From: Nitrospirota bacterium
GTDB lineage: Bacteria > UBA2233
Reading direction: 5' to 3'
Assembly (NCBI GenBank): GCA_011620345.1
Contig: WOZJ01000050.1
Location: 151,976 to 215,975, forward strand
Length of the DNA stretch: 64,000 nt
How positions within the stretch are numbered: the stretch's first letter is position 1; every line of letters starts with the position of its first letter. Made by a program: the position numbers and the translations under genes. Below, piece after piece: positions 10,151-18,279 of the stretch. The notes under the pieces were generated by a model. That model was not told the DNA's origin and ran no database searches. It saw only the letters and a program-made list of their open reading frames with translations.

Positions 10151-11850
10151 AGATGTCGCGCGCCCTGATACCCACGCTCCGCGAAGACCCCAAGGACGCC
10201 GAAGTTATTTCCCATAAGCTTCTGGTACGTGCAGGCTTTATCCGAAAGGTTGCCGCGGGCATTTACACGATGCTTCCTTTGGGGTTGAGGACGGTAGGAA
10301 AGCTCATGGCGCTCGTGCGTGAGGAGATGGAGCGTGCAGGGGCAATTGAGATCCAGATGCCGCTTGTCCAACCCAAGGAATTATGGACTTCCTCGGGGAG
10401 ATGGGAGCTTTACGGAAAAGAACTCCTAAGGCTTAAAGACCGAAAAGACCAAGAGTTCTGCTTGGCGCCAACACACGAAGAGGTCGTTACCGAGCTCATC
10501 AAAAATGAAGTTCGCTCGTACAGGCAACTCCCGTTGATCCTCTACCAGATTCACACCAAATTCCGCGATGAGATCCGCCCGCGCTTTGGCCTTATGCGTG
10601 CCAGAGAGTTTCTCATGAAAGATGCCTACAGCTTCGATGTCTCTGAGGCTTGCAGCATGCAAGCCTACCAGACAATGTATTCCGCCTACGAGAGGATCTT
10701 CAGAAGGATAGGTCTTAAGTTTGAAGTGGTAGAAGCGGATACGGGTACGATTGGAGGAAGCCTTTCCCATGAGTTCCAAGTGCTTGCCCCAACGGGCGAG
10801 GATAAGATTGCTCGGTGTAACGGCTGCAAAAAGGCCTGGAACGCGGAACTGGCTCCTGTAGCCAAGCCTCGTTTTGTAATGCCTGGATCACCCCTCCCTA
10901 AAGAGAAGGTTAAAACCGGCGATGCCGCCACAATCGAAGAAGTTGCGGTCGTTCTTGGGCTTCAGCCCGAACAAATCTTAAAATCCCTGCTTATCCAGAC
11001 AGAACGAGGGCCCTACCTCGCCGTTGTTCGTGGCGACCGGATTCTTTCTTTGCCCAAGTTCAAGCGTTCTCTGGGCCTGGTGGAGGCTGAGCTTGCCCAG
11101 GATTTGACTGGACTGCCGGAGGGCCAAATCGGCCCTATTGGCCAAGCTTGGCCTGTGGTTGCAGATTACAGCGTCGCTGGAGTTCAAAACGGTGTAGCCG
11201 GGGCAAACGAACCCGGTTACCACTGGGTCAACGTGAACTATGCGCTGGATTTCGAGGCCCAGACGCTGGCCGACCTTACTCTTGCCCAGGAAGGCGACTG
11301 CTGTGGCGTATGCCAAGAGCCTCTTTCTCTTTCTAGGGGAATTGAGGTTGGGCAGGTTTTTTGCTTGGGAACAAAATACTCCAAGCCGATGGAAGCAGTC
11401 TTCTTGGATGCCGACGGGAACAAAAAGCCTACAGTGATGGGATGTTACGGCATCGGAATCGGGAGAACTGTTGCGGCCACCGTCGAACAGTGCCATGATG
11501 ACCAAGGAATCCGCTGGCCTGTCTCTTTGGCCCCGTTTGCCGTTCACCTGGTTTTGCTTGACACAAGACAATCAGAGCTTGTCTCGCTTGCCGACTCGTT
11601 GTATTCGGCTCTCTTGGCTCAAGGCGTGGACGTCCTCTACGACGATCGGGAGGAACGTCCGGGGGTAAAATTCCACGATGCTGACCTCATCGGGCTTCCG
11701 CTTCGCTTGACGATAGGGAAAAAGTATAAAGAGAAGGGTTTGGTCGAGATCAAGGCAAGAGACGCGTCGTTCATGGAAGATATGCCCCCTGAAGATGCGA
11801 GCAAACGGATTCATGCATTCTTGAGCCAGCAAGGTATGGCAAATGGGTGA
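10147..11850 (+). CDS. proS: proline--tRNA ligase
   Basis: 567 aa with class II aaRS motifs. Start overlaps the ispG stop. Confidence 0.9.
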   Translation: MKMSRALIPTLREDPKDAEVISHKLLVRAGFIRKVAAGIYTMLPLGLRTVGKLMALVREEMERAGAIEIQMPLVQPKELWTSSGRWELYGKELLRLKDRKDQEFCLAPTHEEVVTELIKNEVRSYRQLPLILYQIHTKFRDEIRPRFGLMRAREFLMKDAYSFDVSEACSMQAYQTMYSAYERIFRRIGLKFEVVEADTGTIGGSLSHEFQVLAPTGEDKIARCNGCKKAWNAELAPVAKPRFVMPGSPLPKEKVKTGDAATIEEVAVVLGLQPEQILKSLLIQTERGPYLAVVRGDRILSLPKFKRSLGLVEAELAQDLTGLPEGQIGPIGQAWPVVADYSVAGVQNGVAGANEPGYHWVNVNYALDFEAQTLADLTLAQEGDCCGVCQEPLSLSRGIEVGQVFCLGTKYSKPMEAVFLDADGNKKPTVMGCYGIGIGRTVAATVEQCHDDQGIRWPVSLAPFAVHLVLLDTRQSELVSLADSLYSALLAQGVDVLYDDREERPGVKFHDADLIGLPLRLTIGKKYKEKGLVEIKARDASFMEDMPPEDASKRIHAFLSQQGMANG

Positions 11851-12538
11851 GGTTATTTTCGCGCTGGACGACGAGCGGTTGGAGGCGGCGCTTGGTTGGG
11901 TTGACCGCCTGAAGGAGCGTATAAGCTGGTTTAAGATAGGAAGCGCTCTGTTTACGCGTTACGGGCCAAAATCCATCCTGGCTGCCAGGGAAGCAGGTGC
12001 GAGCCATATCTTTTTAGACCTTAAATTTCACGATATCCCGACGACCGTCCTTAAGGCTCTCCAAGGGGCCGCGGAGCTTGGCGTGGACATGGTGAACTTG
12101 CACATCTTAAGCGGACAGGAGACGCTAGAGATGTGCAGCGCTTGGGTTCGGTCGCTCCCTCAAGGTTCCCATTGTCCTCTTGTTGTGGGGGTTACCGTCC
12201 TTAGCTCTCTGAAAACTGAAGACCTTCAAATGCTCGGGTTTGCAGGCCCGAGAGAAAAGCTTCTTCTTGAGCTTGCATCTCTAGGGAAGCAGGCAAGCCT
12301 AGACGGTGTGGTCGCTTCAGGGGAGGAGATCGGCCCCGTCCGGAAGGCATTCCCTAAGGATTTCCTTATCGTTTGTCCGGGCGTGTTTGTAGGGGATGAG
12401 ATGAGCCTCCCTAAAGACCAAAAGAATAGTCTTCATGCCAACGAGGCGTTTTCGTTAGGTGCTGATTTCGTTGTGCTAGGTAGGTCGCTAAGGCAATGTC
12501 AAGACCCCCAAGGAATATTGGCCACGCTCGCCCGCTAG
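11843..12538 (+). CDS. pyrF: orotidine 5-prime-phosphate decarboxylase
   Basis: 231 aa. FALD...KIG / DLKFHDIP motifs of OMP decarboxylase. Confidence 0.85.
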   Translation: MGEVIFALDDERLEAALGWVDRLKERISWFKIGSALFTRYGPKSILAAREAGASHIFLDLKFHDIPTTVLKALQGAAELGVDMVNLHILSGQETLEMCSAWVRSLPQGSHCPLVVGVTVLSSLKTEDLQMLGFAGPREKLLLELASLGKQASLDGVVASGEEIGPVRKAFPKDFLIVCPGVFVGDEMSLPKDQKNSLHANEAFSLGADFVVLGRSLRQCQDPQGILATLAR

Positions 12539-13299
12539 AGGGTCAGAATTTTCTGGTGTTTGGCGTCCATCCTGTGATGACGCTCGTTGCCCAAAGGCCA
12601 GAAAGCATCGGAAAAATTTGCCTAAAGCCCGGGTTGCGTTCGAGCTTGCTTGAGCCCTTCCTTCGGGAACTTCAGGCCAAAAAAATTGTTTGGGAGTTTC
12701 AAGATGAGGCCTTTTTTGGGCAGCTCTCCAAAGAAAGCGTGCACCAGGGCCTCGTCGCAATCATGAAGGACGTTTCGCAGATGGACGAAGAGGACCTCTT
12801 CGAGCGTCTGACCCGAACACACGAAAGGCCGCGTGGCATTGTATGTCTTGACCAACTCCAAGACACGAGGAACCTTGGAGCAATCGTGAGGGCAGGGGTT
12901 GCGTTCGGCCTTGAAGACTATGTGCTCACAAGGCATGGTCAGGCCCGGGTCGGTGAGGCCGCCTGGAAGGCTTCCGCAGGCATGCTGGCCTATGCCCGCC
13001 TATTTTTTGCAACCAATCTAGGGAGGGTGTTGAAGCGCCTTAAAGACCTAGGCTATTGGGTAGTGGGGCTCGATGCAACCGTTAAAGATTCGGGCCAGGC
13101 GTTTACTTTCCCTGAGTCGTGCGTTTTTGTGTTTGGTTCCGAGCACAAAGGGATCCGAGAAGGGTTGCGCAAAAAATGCGATTTTTCTTTTAGGATTCCC
13201 TTAGATTCAAGGGTAGAGTCGCTCAACGTGGCTTCTGCGGCCTCGATCGTGTTTTATATGTTCAGAGAACAGTTCGTTGACAAGTTCAAGACTGGATGA
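12496..13299 (+). CDS. rlmB: SpoU/TrmH-family RNA 2-prime-O-methyltransferase (RlmB-like)
   Basis: SPOUT C-terminal motifs (VFGSEHKGI, ESLNVASAASIVFY). Start uncertain, since the ORF overlaps pyrF by about 40 nt. Position upstream of the rpmG-secE-nusG region is as in Bacillus. Confidence 0.7.
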   Translation: MSRPPRNIGHARPLEGQNFLVFGVHPVMTLVAQRPESIGKICLKPGLRSSLLEPFLRELQAKKIVWEFQDEAFFGQLSKESVHQGLVAIMKDVSQMDEEDLFERLTRTHERPRGIVCLDQLQDTRNLGAIVRAGVAFGLEDYVLTRHGQARVGEAAWKASAGMLAYARLFFATNLGRVLKRLKDLGYWVVGLDATVKDSGQAFTFPESCVFVFGSEHKGIREGLRKKCDFSFRIPLDSRVESLNVASAASIVFYMFREQFVDKFKTG

Positions 13300-13305
13300 T
13301 AAAAT
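13277..13305 (+). promoter_or_regulatory. sigma70-type promoter for the tRNA-tuf-rpmG-secE-nusG transcription unit
   Basis: TTGACA (13277..13282), a 17-bp spacer, then TAAAAT (13300..13305). It lies in the last codons of rlmB, about 40 nt before the first tRNA. Confidence 0.45.
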
Positions 13306-13344
13306 ACGAGATTCTATGGGTTAGGCTTGAATAAAATGCAACAA

Positions 13345-13420
13345 GCTGGCGTAGCTCAACAGGTAGAGCAGCTGATTTGTAATCAGCAGGTTGCGGGTTC
13401 GAGTCCCATCGCCAGCTCCA
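13345..13420 (+). tRNA. tRNA-Thr (anticodon TGT)
   Basis: Cloverleaf read by hand: acceptor GCTGGCG/CGCCAGC, anticodon loop TTTGTAA, T-loop GGTTCGAGTCC, 3-prime CCA encoded. Confidence 0.85.
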
Positions 13421-13423
13421 TGT

Positions 13424-13518
13424 GGAGAGGTTCCCGAGCGGCCAAAGGGAGCGGTCTGTAAAACCGCCGGCTTCGCCTTCGGAGGTTCGAATCCTCCCCT
13501 CTCCACCAAAGCGGAAAA
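13424..13518 (+). tRNA. tRNA-Tyr (anticodon GTA), long variable arm
   Basis: Acceptor GGAGAGG/CCTCTCC, anticodon loop CTGTAAA, long variable arm, T-loop GGTTCGAATCC, CCA encoded. Confidence 0.85.
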
Positions 13519-13559
13519 AACCGGTATACTCTAGTAATTAAGGGGCGGTACTCAATAGG

Positions 13560-13634
13560 GCGGGAATAGCTCAGCGGTAGAGCGCGAGCCTTCCAAGCTC
13601 GGGGTCGCGGGTTCGAATCCCGTTTCCCGCTCCA
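13560..13634 (+). tRNA. tRNA-Gly (anticodon TCC)
   Basis: Acceptor GCGGGAA/TTCCCGC, anticodon loop CTTCCAA, T-loop GGTTCGAATCC, CCA encoded. Confidence 0.85.
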
Positions 13635-13637
13635 AAA

Positions 13638-13713
13638 GCCCACGTAGCTCAGGCGGTGGAGCACTTCCTTGGTAAGGAAGAGGTCACCGGTTCGAGTCCG
13701 GTCGTGGGCTCCA
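13638..13713 (+). tRNA. tRNA-Thr (anticodon GGT)
   Basis: Acceptor GCCCACG/CGTGGGC, anticodon loop TTGGTAA, T-loop GGTTCGAGTCC, CCA encoded. Confidence 0.85.
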
Positions 13714-13722
13714 GGCTTCTCG

Positions 13723-14968
13723 AACATCACCCACCAAGGAGTACGGAAAGACCATGGGAAAGGCGAAATTTGAGCGCACCAAGCCCCATCTAAACGTAGG
13801 CACGATCGGGCACGTCGACCACGGCAAGACAACGCTCACCGCGGCGATTACGAAGGTGCTGGCCAAGAAGGGGTTGGCCGAGTACGTCCCGTTTGATTCG
13901 ATCGACAAAGCGCCAGAGGAGAAAGCCAGGGGCATCACGATCGCCACGGCCCACGTCGAGTACCAGTCGCTAAAGCGCCACTACGCGCACGTCGACTGCC
14001 CTGGCCATGCAGACTACGTCAAGAACATGATCACCGGTGCCGCCCAGATGGACGGGGCTGTCGTGGTCGTCTCGGCCGCCGACGGGCCAATGCCACAGAC
14101 AAGAGAGCACATCCTCCTGGCCCGTCAGGTGGGCGTCCCTTATATTGTCGTTTTTATGAACAAGGTGGACATGGTCGACGATCCCGAGCTTCTAGATTTG
14201 GTCGAGCTAGAGGTAAGAGAGCTTCTGTCCGAATACCAGTTCCCGGGGGATGAGATTCCAGTGGTCCGTGGCAGCGCGCTCAAGGCCCTCAACGAGGGCA
14301 CAGGCGAGCGGGACGACCCTAACTCCAAGCCCATCTGGGAGCTTCTGGACGCCCTGGATGCCTACATCCCCGAGCCAAAGAGGGAAACCGACAAGCCTTT
14401 CTTAATGGCAATCGAGGATGTGTTTACGATCTCCGGCCGGGGGACGGTCGTAACCGGCAGGATAGAGCGGGGTATCGTGAAGGTAGGCGACGAAGTCGAG
14501 ATCGTCGGGTTCCACCCGACCGTCAAGACGGTCGTTACGGGCGTAGAGATGTTCCGAAAGCTCTTAGACGAGGGGAGGGCGGGGGACAACGTCGGCTGCC
14601 TTCTTAGAGGCGTCAAGCGTGACGATGTGGAACGTGGTCAGGTTCTGGCCAAGCCGGGTTCAATCACTCCGCATACGGTGTTCAAGGCCGAGGTCTACGT
14701 CCTTAAGAAGGAAGAAGGAGGCAGGCATACCCCGTTCTTTACGGGATACCGTCCCCAGTTCTATTTTCGGACGACGGACGTTACCGGTGTGGTAAAACTC
14801 CAAGAGGGTGTCGAGATGATCATTCCAGGGGATAACGCCAACCTCGAGGTCGAGTTGATCGCCCCGGTGGCTCTCGAAGAGCAGGTCCGCTTCGCCATCC
14901 GTGAAGGCGGAAGGACGGTAGGTGCCGGTGTTGTAACCCAGGTCGTGAAATAAAGGAGCGGGGGGATG
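13723..14968 (+). repeat. copy 1 of a 1246-bp perfect direct repeat (tuf plus 31 nt upstream and 15 nt downstream)
   Basis: Identical at every position I compared with 29988..31233. The identical flanks include the RBS, the GGAGCGGGGGG tail and the ATG of the next gene. Confidence 0.9.
13754..14953 (+). CDS. tuf: elongation factor Tu (tufB-like copy, after the tRNA cluster)
   Basis: 399 aa with GHVDHGKTT and DCPGHADY motifs. The reported protein is identical to the ORF at 30019..31218. Confidence 0.97.
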   Translation: MGKAKFERTKPHLNVGTIGHVDHGKTTLTAAITKVLAKKGLAEYVPFDSIDKAPEEKARGITIATAHVEYQSLKRHYAHVDCPGHADYVKNMITGAAQMDGAVVVVSAADGPMPQTREHILLARQVGVPYIVVFMNKVDMVDDPELLDLVELEVRELLSEYQFPGDEIPVVRGSALKALNEGTGERDDPNSKPIWELLDALDAYIPEPKRETDKPFLMAIEDVFTISGRGTVVTGRIERGIVKVGDEVEIVGFHPTVKTVVTGVEMFRKLLDEGRAGDNVGCLLRGVKRDDVERGQVLAKPGSITPHTVFKAEVYVLKKEEGGRHTPFFTGYRPQFYFRTTDVTGVVKLQEGVEMIIPGDNANLEVELIAPVALEEQVRFAIREGGRTVGAGVVTQVVK

Positions 14969-15115
14969 CGAGACATCATAACGCTTGCCTGCAACACTTG
15001 CAAGCGAAGGAACTATACAACGACCAAAAATAAGAAGACAACAACCGACAGGATTGAAAAGAAAAAGTACTGCAGGTATTGCCGTAGCCATACTCCTCAT
15101 CGAGAGGTTAGGTAG
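14966..15115 (+). CDS. rpmG: 50S ribosomal protein L33 (C4 zinc-ribbon type)
   Basis: 49-aa ORF read by hand ([49 protein letters not shown]). It is below the ORF-track length cutoff and has CxxC...CxxC. Confidence 0.8.
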   Translation: MRDIITLACNTCKRRNYTTTKNKKTTTDRIEKKKYCRYCRSHTPHREVR

Positions 15116-15132
15116 CGTTAGGTATTTATCAT

Positions 15133-15209
15133 AGGCCAGTAGCTCTAACGGCTAGAGCGCCGGACTCCAAATCCGGATGCTGGGGGTTCGAATCCCTCCT
15201 GGCCTGCCA
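15133..15209 (+). tRNA. tRNA-Trp (anticodon CCA)
   Basis: Acceptor AGGCCAG/CTGGCCT, anticodon loop CTCCAAA, T-loop GGTTCGAATCC, CCA encoded. Confidence 0.85.
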
Positions 15210-15234
15210 ATTTTATTATACATGAAGGCTAAAG

Positions 15235-15426
15235 ATGCTGAACGCGAAGCGAATTGTGCGGTTTTTAGGCGACTCCAAAGCAGAGCTTGGGCGGGTAACA
15301 TGGCCTGGGGTACGAGTGACGGCTGCTTCGACATCGGCGGTGCTCGTGTTTGTAGGGCTATTCAGCGTTTACCTCAACCTTGTTGATGTGGCCTTAAGTT
15401 TTGCTGTCCGGTATGTTCTTGGTTAG
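15235..15426 (+). CDS. secE: preprotein translocase subunit SecE
   Basis: 63 aa with a single C-terminal TM helix and the conserved KAELGRVTWP motif. Lies between tRNA-Trp and nusG. Confidence 0.8.
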   Translation: MLNAKRIVRFLGDSKAELGRVTWPGVRVTAASTSAVLVFVGLFSVYLNLVDVALSFAVRYVLG

Positions 15427-15434
15427 GTTGCAAG

Positions 15435-15965
15435 ATGGAAAAACAATGGTATGTGGTTCATACCTACACAGGGTCCGAGAATAAAGTCAAACAGCAGCTT
15501 GCAGATAGGATTGCCCAGAAAGGCATGGAGGATTTTTTTGGGGAGATCCTCGTCCCGGAAGAGAATATAGTGGAGCTCGTCAAGGGGCAAAAGCGCACCT
15601 CCAAGCGGAGGTTTTATAGTGGATATATACTCGTTCAAATGCACATGAGCGAGAAAACTTGGGATTTGGTACGGCAAATCCCAAAGGTTACCGGGTTTGT
15701 AGGCGAAGGGCATATACCTACTCCCGTACAAGAAGAAGAGATCGGCAGAATAAAGCGTCAAGTCGAAGAGGGAGCGGGCAGGCCAAAGCCAAAAGTTGTC
15801 TTTGAAAAAGGAGAGATCGTCCGGGTCATCGACGGTCCGTTCACGAATTTCACGGGGGCCGTACAAGAAACAAAGCCAGACCGTGGAAAAGTTAAGGTGC
15901 TGGTGAGTATTTTTGGGCGAGCCACGCCGATCGAACTGGACTTTATCCAAGTATCTAAGGTGTAA
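15435..15965 (+). CDS. nusG: transcription termination/antitermination factor NusG
   Basis: 176 aa. NGN domain (WYVVHTYTGSE) plus KOW. Confidence 0.92.
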   Translation: MEKQWYVVHTYTGSENKVKQQLADRIAQKGMEDFFGEILVPEENIVELVKGQKRTSKRRFYSGYILVQMHMSEKTWDLVRQIPKVTGFVGEGHIPTPVQEEEIGRIKRQVEEGAGRPKPKVVFEKGEIVRVIDGPFTNFTGAVQETKPDRGKVKVLVSIFGRATPIELDFIQVSKV

Positions 15966-15983
15966 CAAGAGAAGGGTCTGAAG

Positions 15984-16412
15984 ATGGCCAAGAAAACCGT
16001 AGGCGAAGTGAAGCTTCAGCTGCCAGCTGGAAAGGCAAACCCTGCTCCTCCTGTAGGGCCGGCTCTGGGAAAGTTTGGGGTCAACATCATGGAATTCTGT
16101 AAGCAATTCAATGCCCAGACTGCTTCTCAAGAGGGTAGCATTATTCCGGTCATCATTACGATTTTTGATGACCGGTCTTTCTCGTTTGTTTTAAAGACTC
16201 CGCCGGCAAGCGACTTAATTAAAAAGGCTCTTGGGCTCGAGAAAGGGGCAAAGCTTCCTGGAAAAGAGAAGGTAGGGCGTTTGGGCCAAGGAAAGGTTCG
16301 AGAAATTGCACAACTCAAGATGCCCGATTTAACGGCTGCTTCTTTAGACGCGGCGGTTCAGACCATTATGGGTACCGCAAGGAGTATGGGCGTGGAGATT
16401 GTAGCAGAATAG
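15984..16412 (+). CDS. rplK: 50S ribosomal protein L11
   Basis: 142 aa, canonical L11 sequence. Confidence 0.95.
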   Translation: MAKKTVGEVKLQLPAGKANPAPPVGPALGKFGVNIMEFCKQFNAQTASQEGSIIPVIITIFDDRSFSFVLKTPPASDLIKKALGLEKGAKLPGKEKVGRLGQGKVREIAQLKMPDLTAASLDAAVQTIMGTARSMGVEIVAE

Positions 16413-16423
16413 GAGGAGATGGG

Positions 16424-17119
16424 ATGGCCAAGAGGGGAAAACACTACAGAAGGGTGCTGGGCCTCGTCGACCGAATCAAGCGGTACGATTTGGGTGCGGC
16501 CGTTGCGTTGGTGAAGGAAATGCATTACGTCAAATTTGACGAGATGCTCGAGGTAGCCTTTCGGCTTGGGGTAGACCCAAGGAAAGCCGATCAAATGGTC
16601 CGAGGAACCGTCATGTTGCCTCACGGCGTAGGTAAGGTGCCTCGCATTGCCGTCTTTGCCAAAGGGGAAAAGGCACTTGAGGCCGAGAAGGCAGGGGCAG
16701 ACATCGTAGGCGCAGAGGATTTGATCGAAAAGATCCGTGGAGGATTTTTCGAATTCGACCGGACGTTGGCCACTCCGGACATTATGGGACAGGTGGGAAA
16801 AATCGGAAAAATCCTTGGCCCAAAAGGACTCATGCCTAACCCGAAGGCAGGAACGGTTACATTTGACATCGCAAAGGCGGTTGAGGAGATGAAAAGGGGA
16901 AGGCTTGAATTTCGAGTAGACAAGGCGGGCAATGTGCATTTGCCCGTAGGAAGATGGAGCTTTGCGCAAACGCAACTCGAGGAAAACATTAAGGCAGCAA
17001 TCGATGCCATACAGAGGTCAAGGCCTTCTTCGGCCAAAGGGACATACCTACGTACGCTCCACGTCTCAGGTACGATGACCCCATCTGTAGAGCTAGACGT
17101 TACCGGCTTTAGGAAGTAG
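16424..17119 (+). CDS. rplA: 50S ribosomal protein L1
   Basis: 231 aa, canonical L1. Confidence 0.95.
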   Translation: MAKRGKHYRRVLGLVDRIKRYDLGAAVALVKEMHYVKFDEMLEVAFRLGVDPRKADQMVRGTVMLPHGVGKVPRIAVFAKGEKALEAEKAGADIVGAEDLIEKIRGGFFEFDRTLATPDIMGQVGKIGKILGPKGLMPNPKAGTVTFDIAKAVEEMKRGRLEFRVDKAGNVHLPVGRWSFAQTQLEENIKAAIDAIQRSRPSSAKGTYLRTLHVSGTMTPSVELDVTGFRK

Positions 17120-17129
17120 GGGGCCAGAG

Positions 17130-17648
17130 ATGCAAAAACAAGAGAAAGAGCGTTTGGTCAACGAACTTATCGACCAGCTCCGAGACACCTCACTGCTTGT
17201 TCTGAGCAACTTCCAAGGGATTAACGTTCAGGAAATGAACCGCCTAAGGAGGCTTGTCCAAAAGAGCCAGGGGCACTTTCGCGTGGTCAAGAACACGCTC
17301 ATAAAGCGAGCGCTCGGCGATTCCGGGTTTCTAGGGTTGGATTCGCTCTTGAGTGGCCCAACGGCTATCTTTTACACCGACCAGCAGGATCCTTCGGTAT
17401 TGAGCAAGACGATCTTGGCTTTTCTTAAAGAAAGGCCGGAATTGTCTGTAAAGGGCCTTGCCTTAGAGAAGGCGGCGTTAAAGTCTGAAACGCTCAAAGA
17501 TCTCAGCGAGCTCCCTTCAAAAGAACAACTCTTAAGCCATCTTGTCGGTGTTCTTACCGGCTTGCCGACAAGATTCCTACAATCCCTCAACTGTATACCT
17601 CAAAAGCTGGTTCTTACTATTGCTGCACTCGAAAAAGTTAAGGCATAA
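17130..17648 (+). CDS. rplJ: 50S ribosomal protein L10
   Basis: 172 aa. Only 10 nt separate it from the rplA stop. Confidence 0.9.
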   Translation: MQKQEKERLVNELIDQLRDTSLLVLSNFQGINVQEMNRLRRLVQKSQGHFRVVKNTLIKRALGDSGFLGLDSLLSGPTAIFYTDQQDPSVLSKTILAFLKERPELSVKGLALEKAALKSETLKDLSELPSKEQLLSHLVGVLTGLPTRFLQSLNCIPQKLVLTIAALEKVKA

Positions 17649-17696
17649 TCTAACATTTCAATGTTTCTAACTACAACGCAAGAAGGGGGAGCTCCC

Positions 17697-18098
17697 ATGG
17701 AGGCAAGGGCTATTAGTAAGGAAGATGTAATCCAATACCTAGAGGGGATTACTCTCCTAGAGTTGAAAGGCTTGGTAAAAGAGCTTGAGGAGAGGTTTGG
17801 GGTAAGCGCTCAGCCAGTTATGATGGCCGGCGCGGGGATGATGGCTCCTACGCAAGCCACTTCCGCGCAACCCGAGGAAGAGGAAAAGACGGAATTTGAT
17901 GCCGTGCTGTCGGTGGTAGGAGAGAATAAAATCCAGGTGATCAAGGTCGTTCGAGAGATTACGGGGCTTGGCCTTAAAGAAGCAAAAGATCTAGTCGAAG
18001 CCGCCCCAAAGTCTGTCAAAACAGCCGTACCAAAGGAGGAGGCCGAGACGATCAAATCGAAGCTTGAAGGTGTCGGCGCAAAAGTCGAAATAAAGTAA
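17697..18098 (+). CDS. rplL: 50S ribosomal protein L7/L12
   Basis: Start chosen at internal ATG 17697 (RBS AAGGGGGA). Ala/Glu-rich hinge and conserved C-terminal domain. Confidence 0.9.
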   Translation: MEARAISKEDVIQYLEGITLLELKGLVKELEERFGVSAQPVMMAGAGMMAPTQATSAQPEEEEKTEFDAVLSVVGENKIQVIKVVREITGLGLKEAKDLVEAAPKSVKTAVPKEEAETIKSKLEGVGAKVEIK

Positions 18099-18149
18099 AT
18101 AAAGTAACGGCAGCCTTTTTTTCATCCAGGTTCGCCGAATCGCTCGTCC

Positions 18150-18199
18150 ATTCTACCCCCCGCCGTAAGAAACTTAGTCTTTACGGATGGGGGTAGAAT
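18150..18199 (+). promoter_or_regulatory. long imperfect hairpin in the rplL-rpoB intergenic region (candidate attenuator / RNase III processing site)
   Basis: ATTCTACCCCC...GGGGGTAGAAT forms an 11-bp perfect stem. It is extended by CCGTAAGA/TCTTTACGG with one bulge, around a 7-nt loop. There is no clear downstream U-tract. Confidence 0.5.
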
Positions 18200-18279
18200 G
18201 TTGCCTTTAAAAGGGGCGTAGGAGCGGTTCTTTCTGCCAAGCAATTCTCAACACACCGCATGCCCAACGGGGTAGGATA

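Noticed and set aside
13383-13832. 149-aa minus-strand ORF, and its twin at 29888..30097
   Set aside because: It runs antisense across the tRNA cluster and the tuf start. The twin simply reflects the tuf repeat. Not a gene.
15177-15386. 69-aa + ORF starting inside tRNA-Trp
   Set aside because: It overlaps the tRNA and the true secE frame. The secE frame (15235..15426) has the conserved SecE motifs.
15423-16130. 235-aa ORF on the minus strand opposite nusG/rplK
   Set aside because: It lies entirely antisense to two highly conserved genes. No RBS or homology is recognisable. It is a typical shadow ORF in a GC-rich coding region.
16358-16975. 205-aa minus-strand ORF opposite rplA
   Set aside because: Antisense shadow of a conserved ribosomal protein gene.
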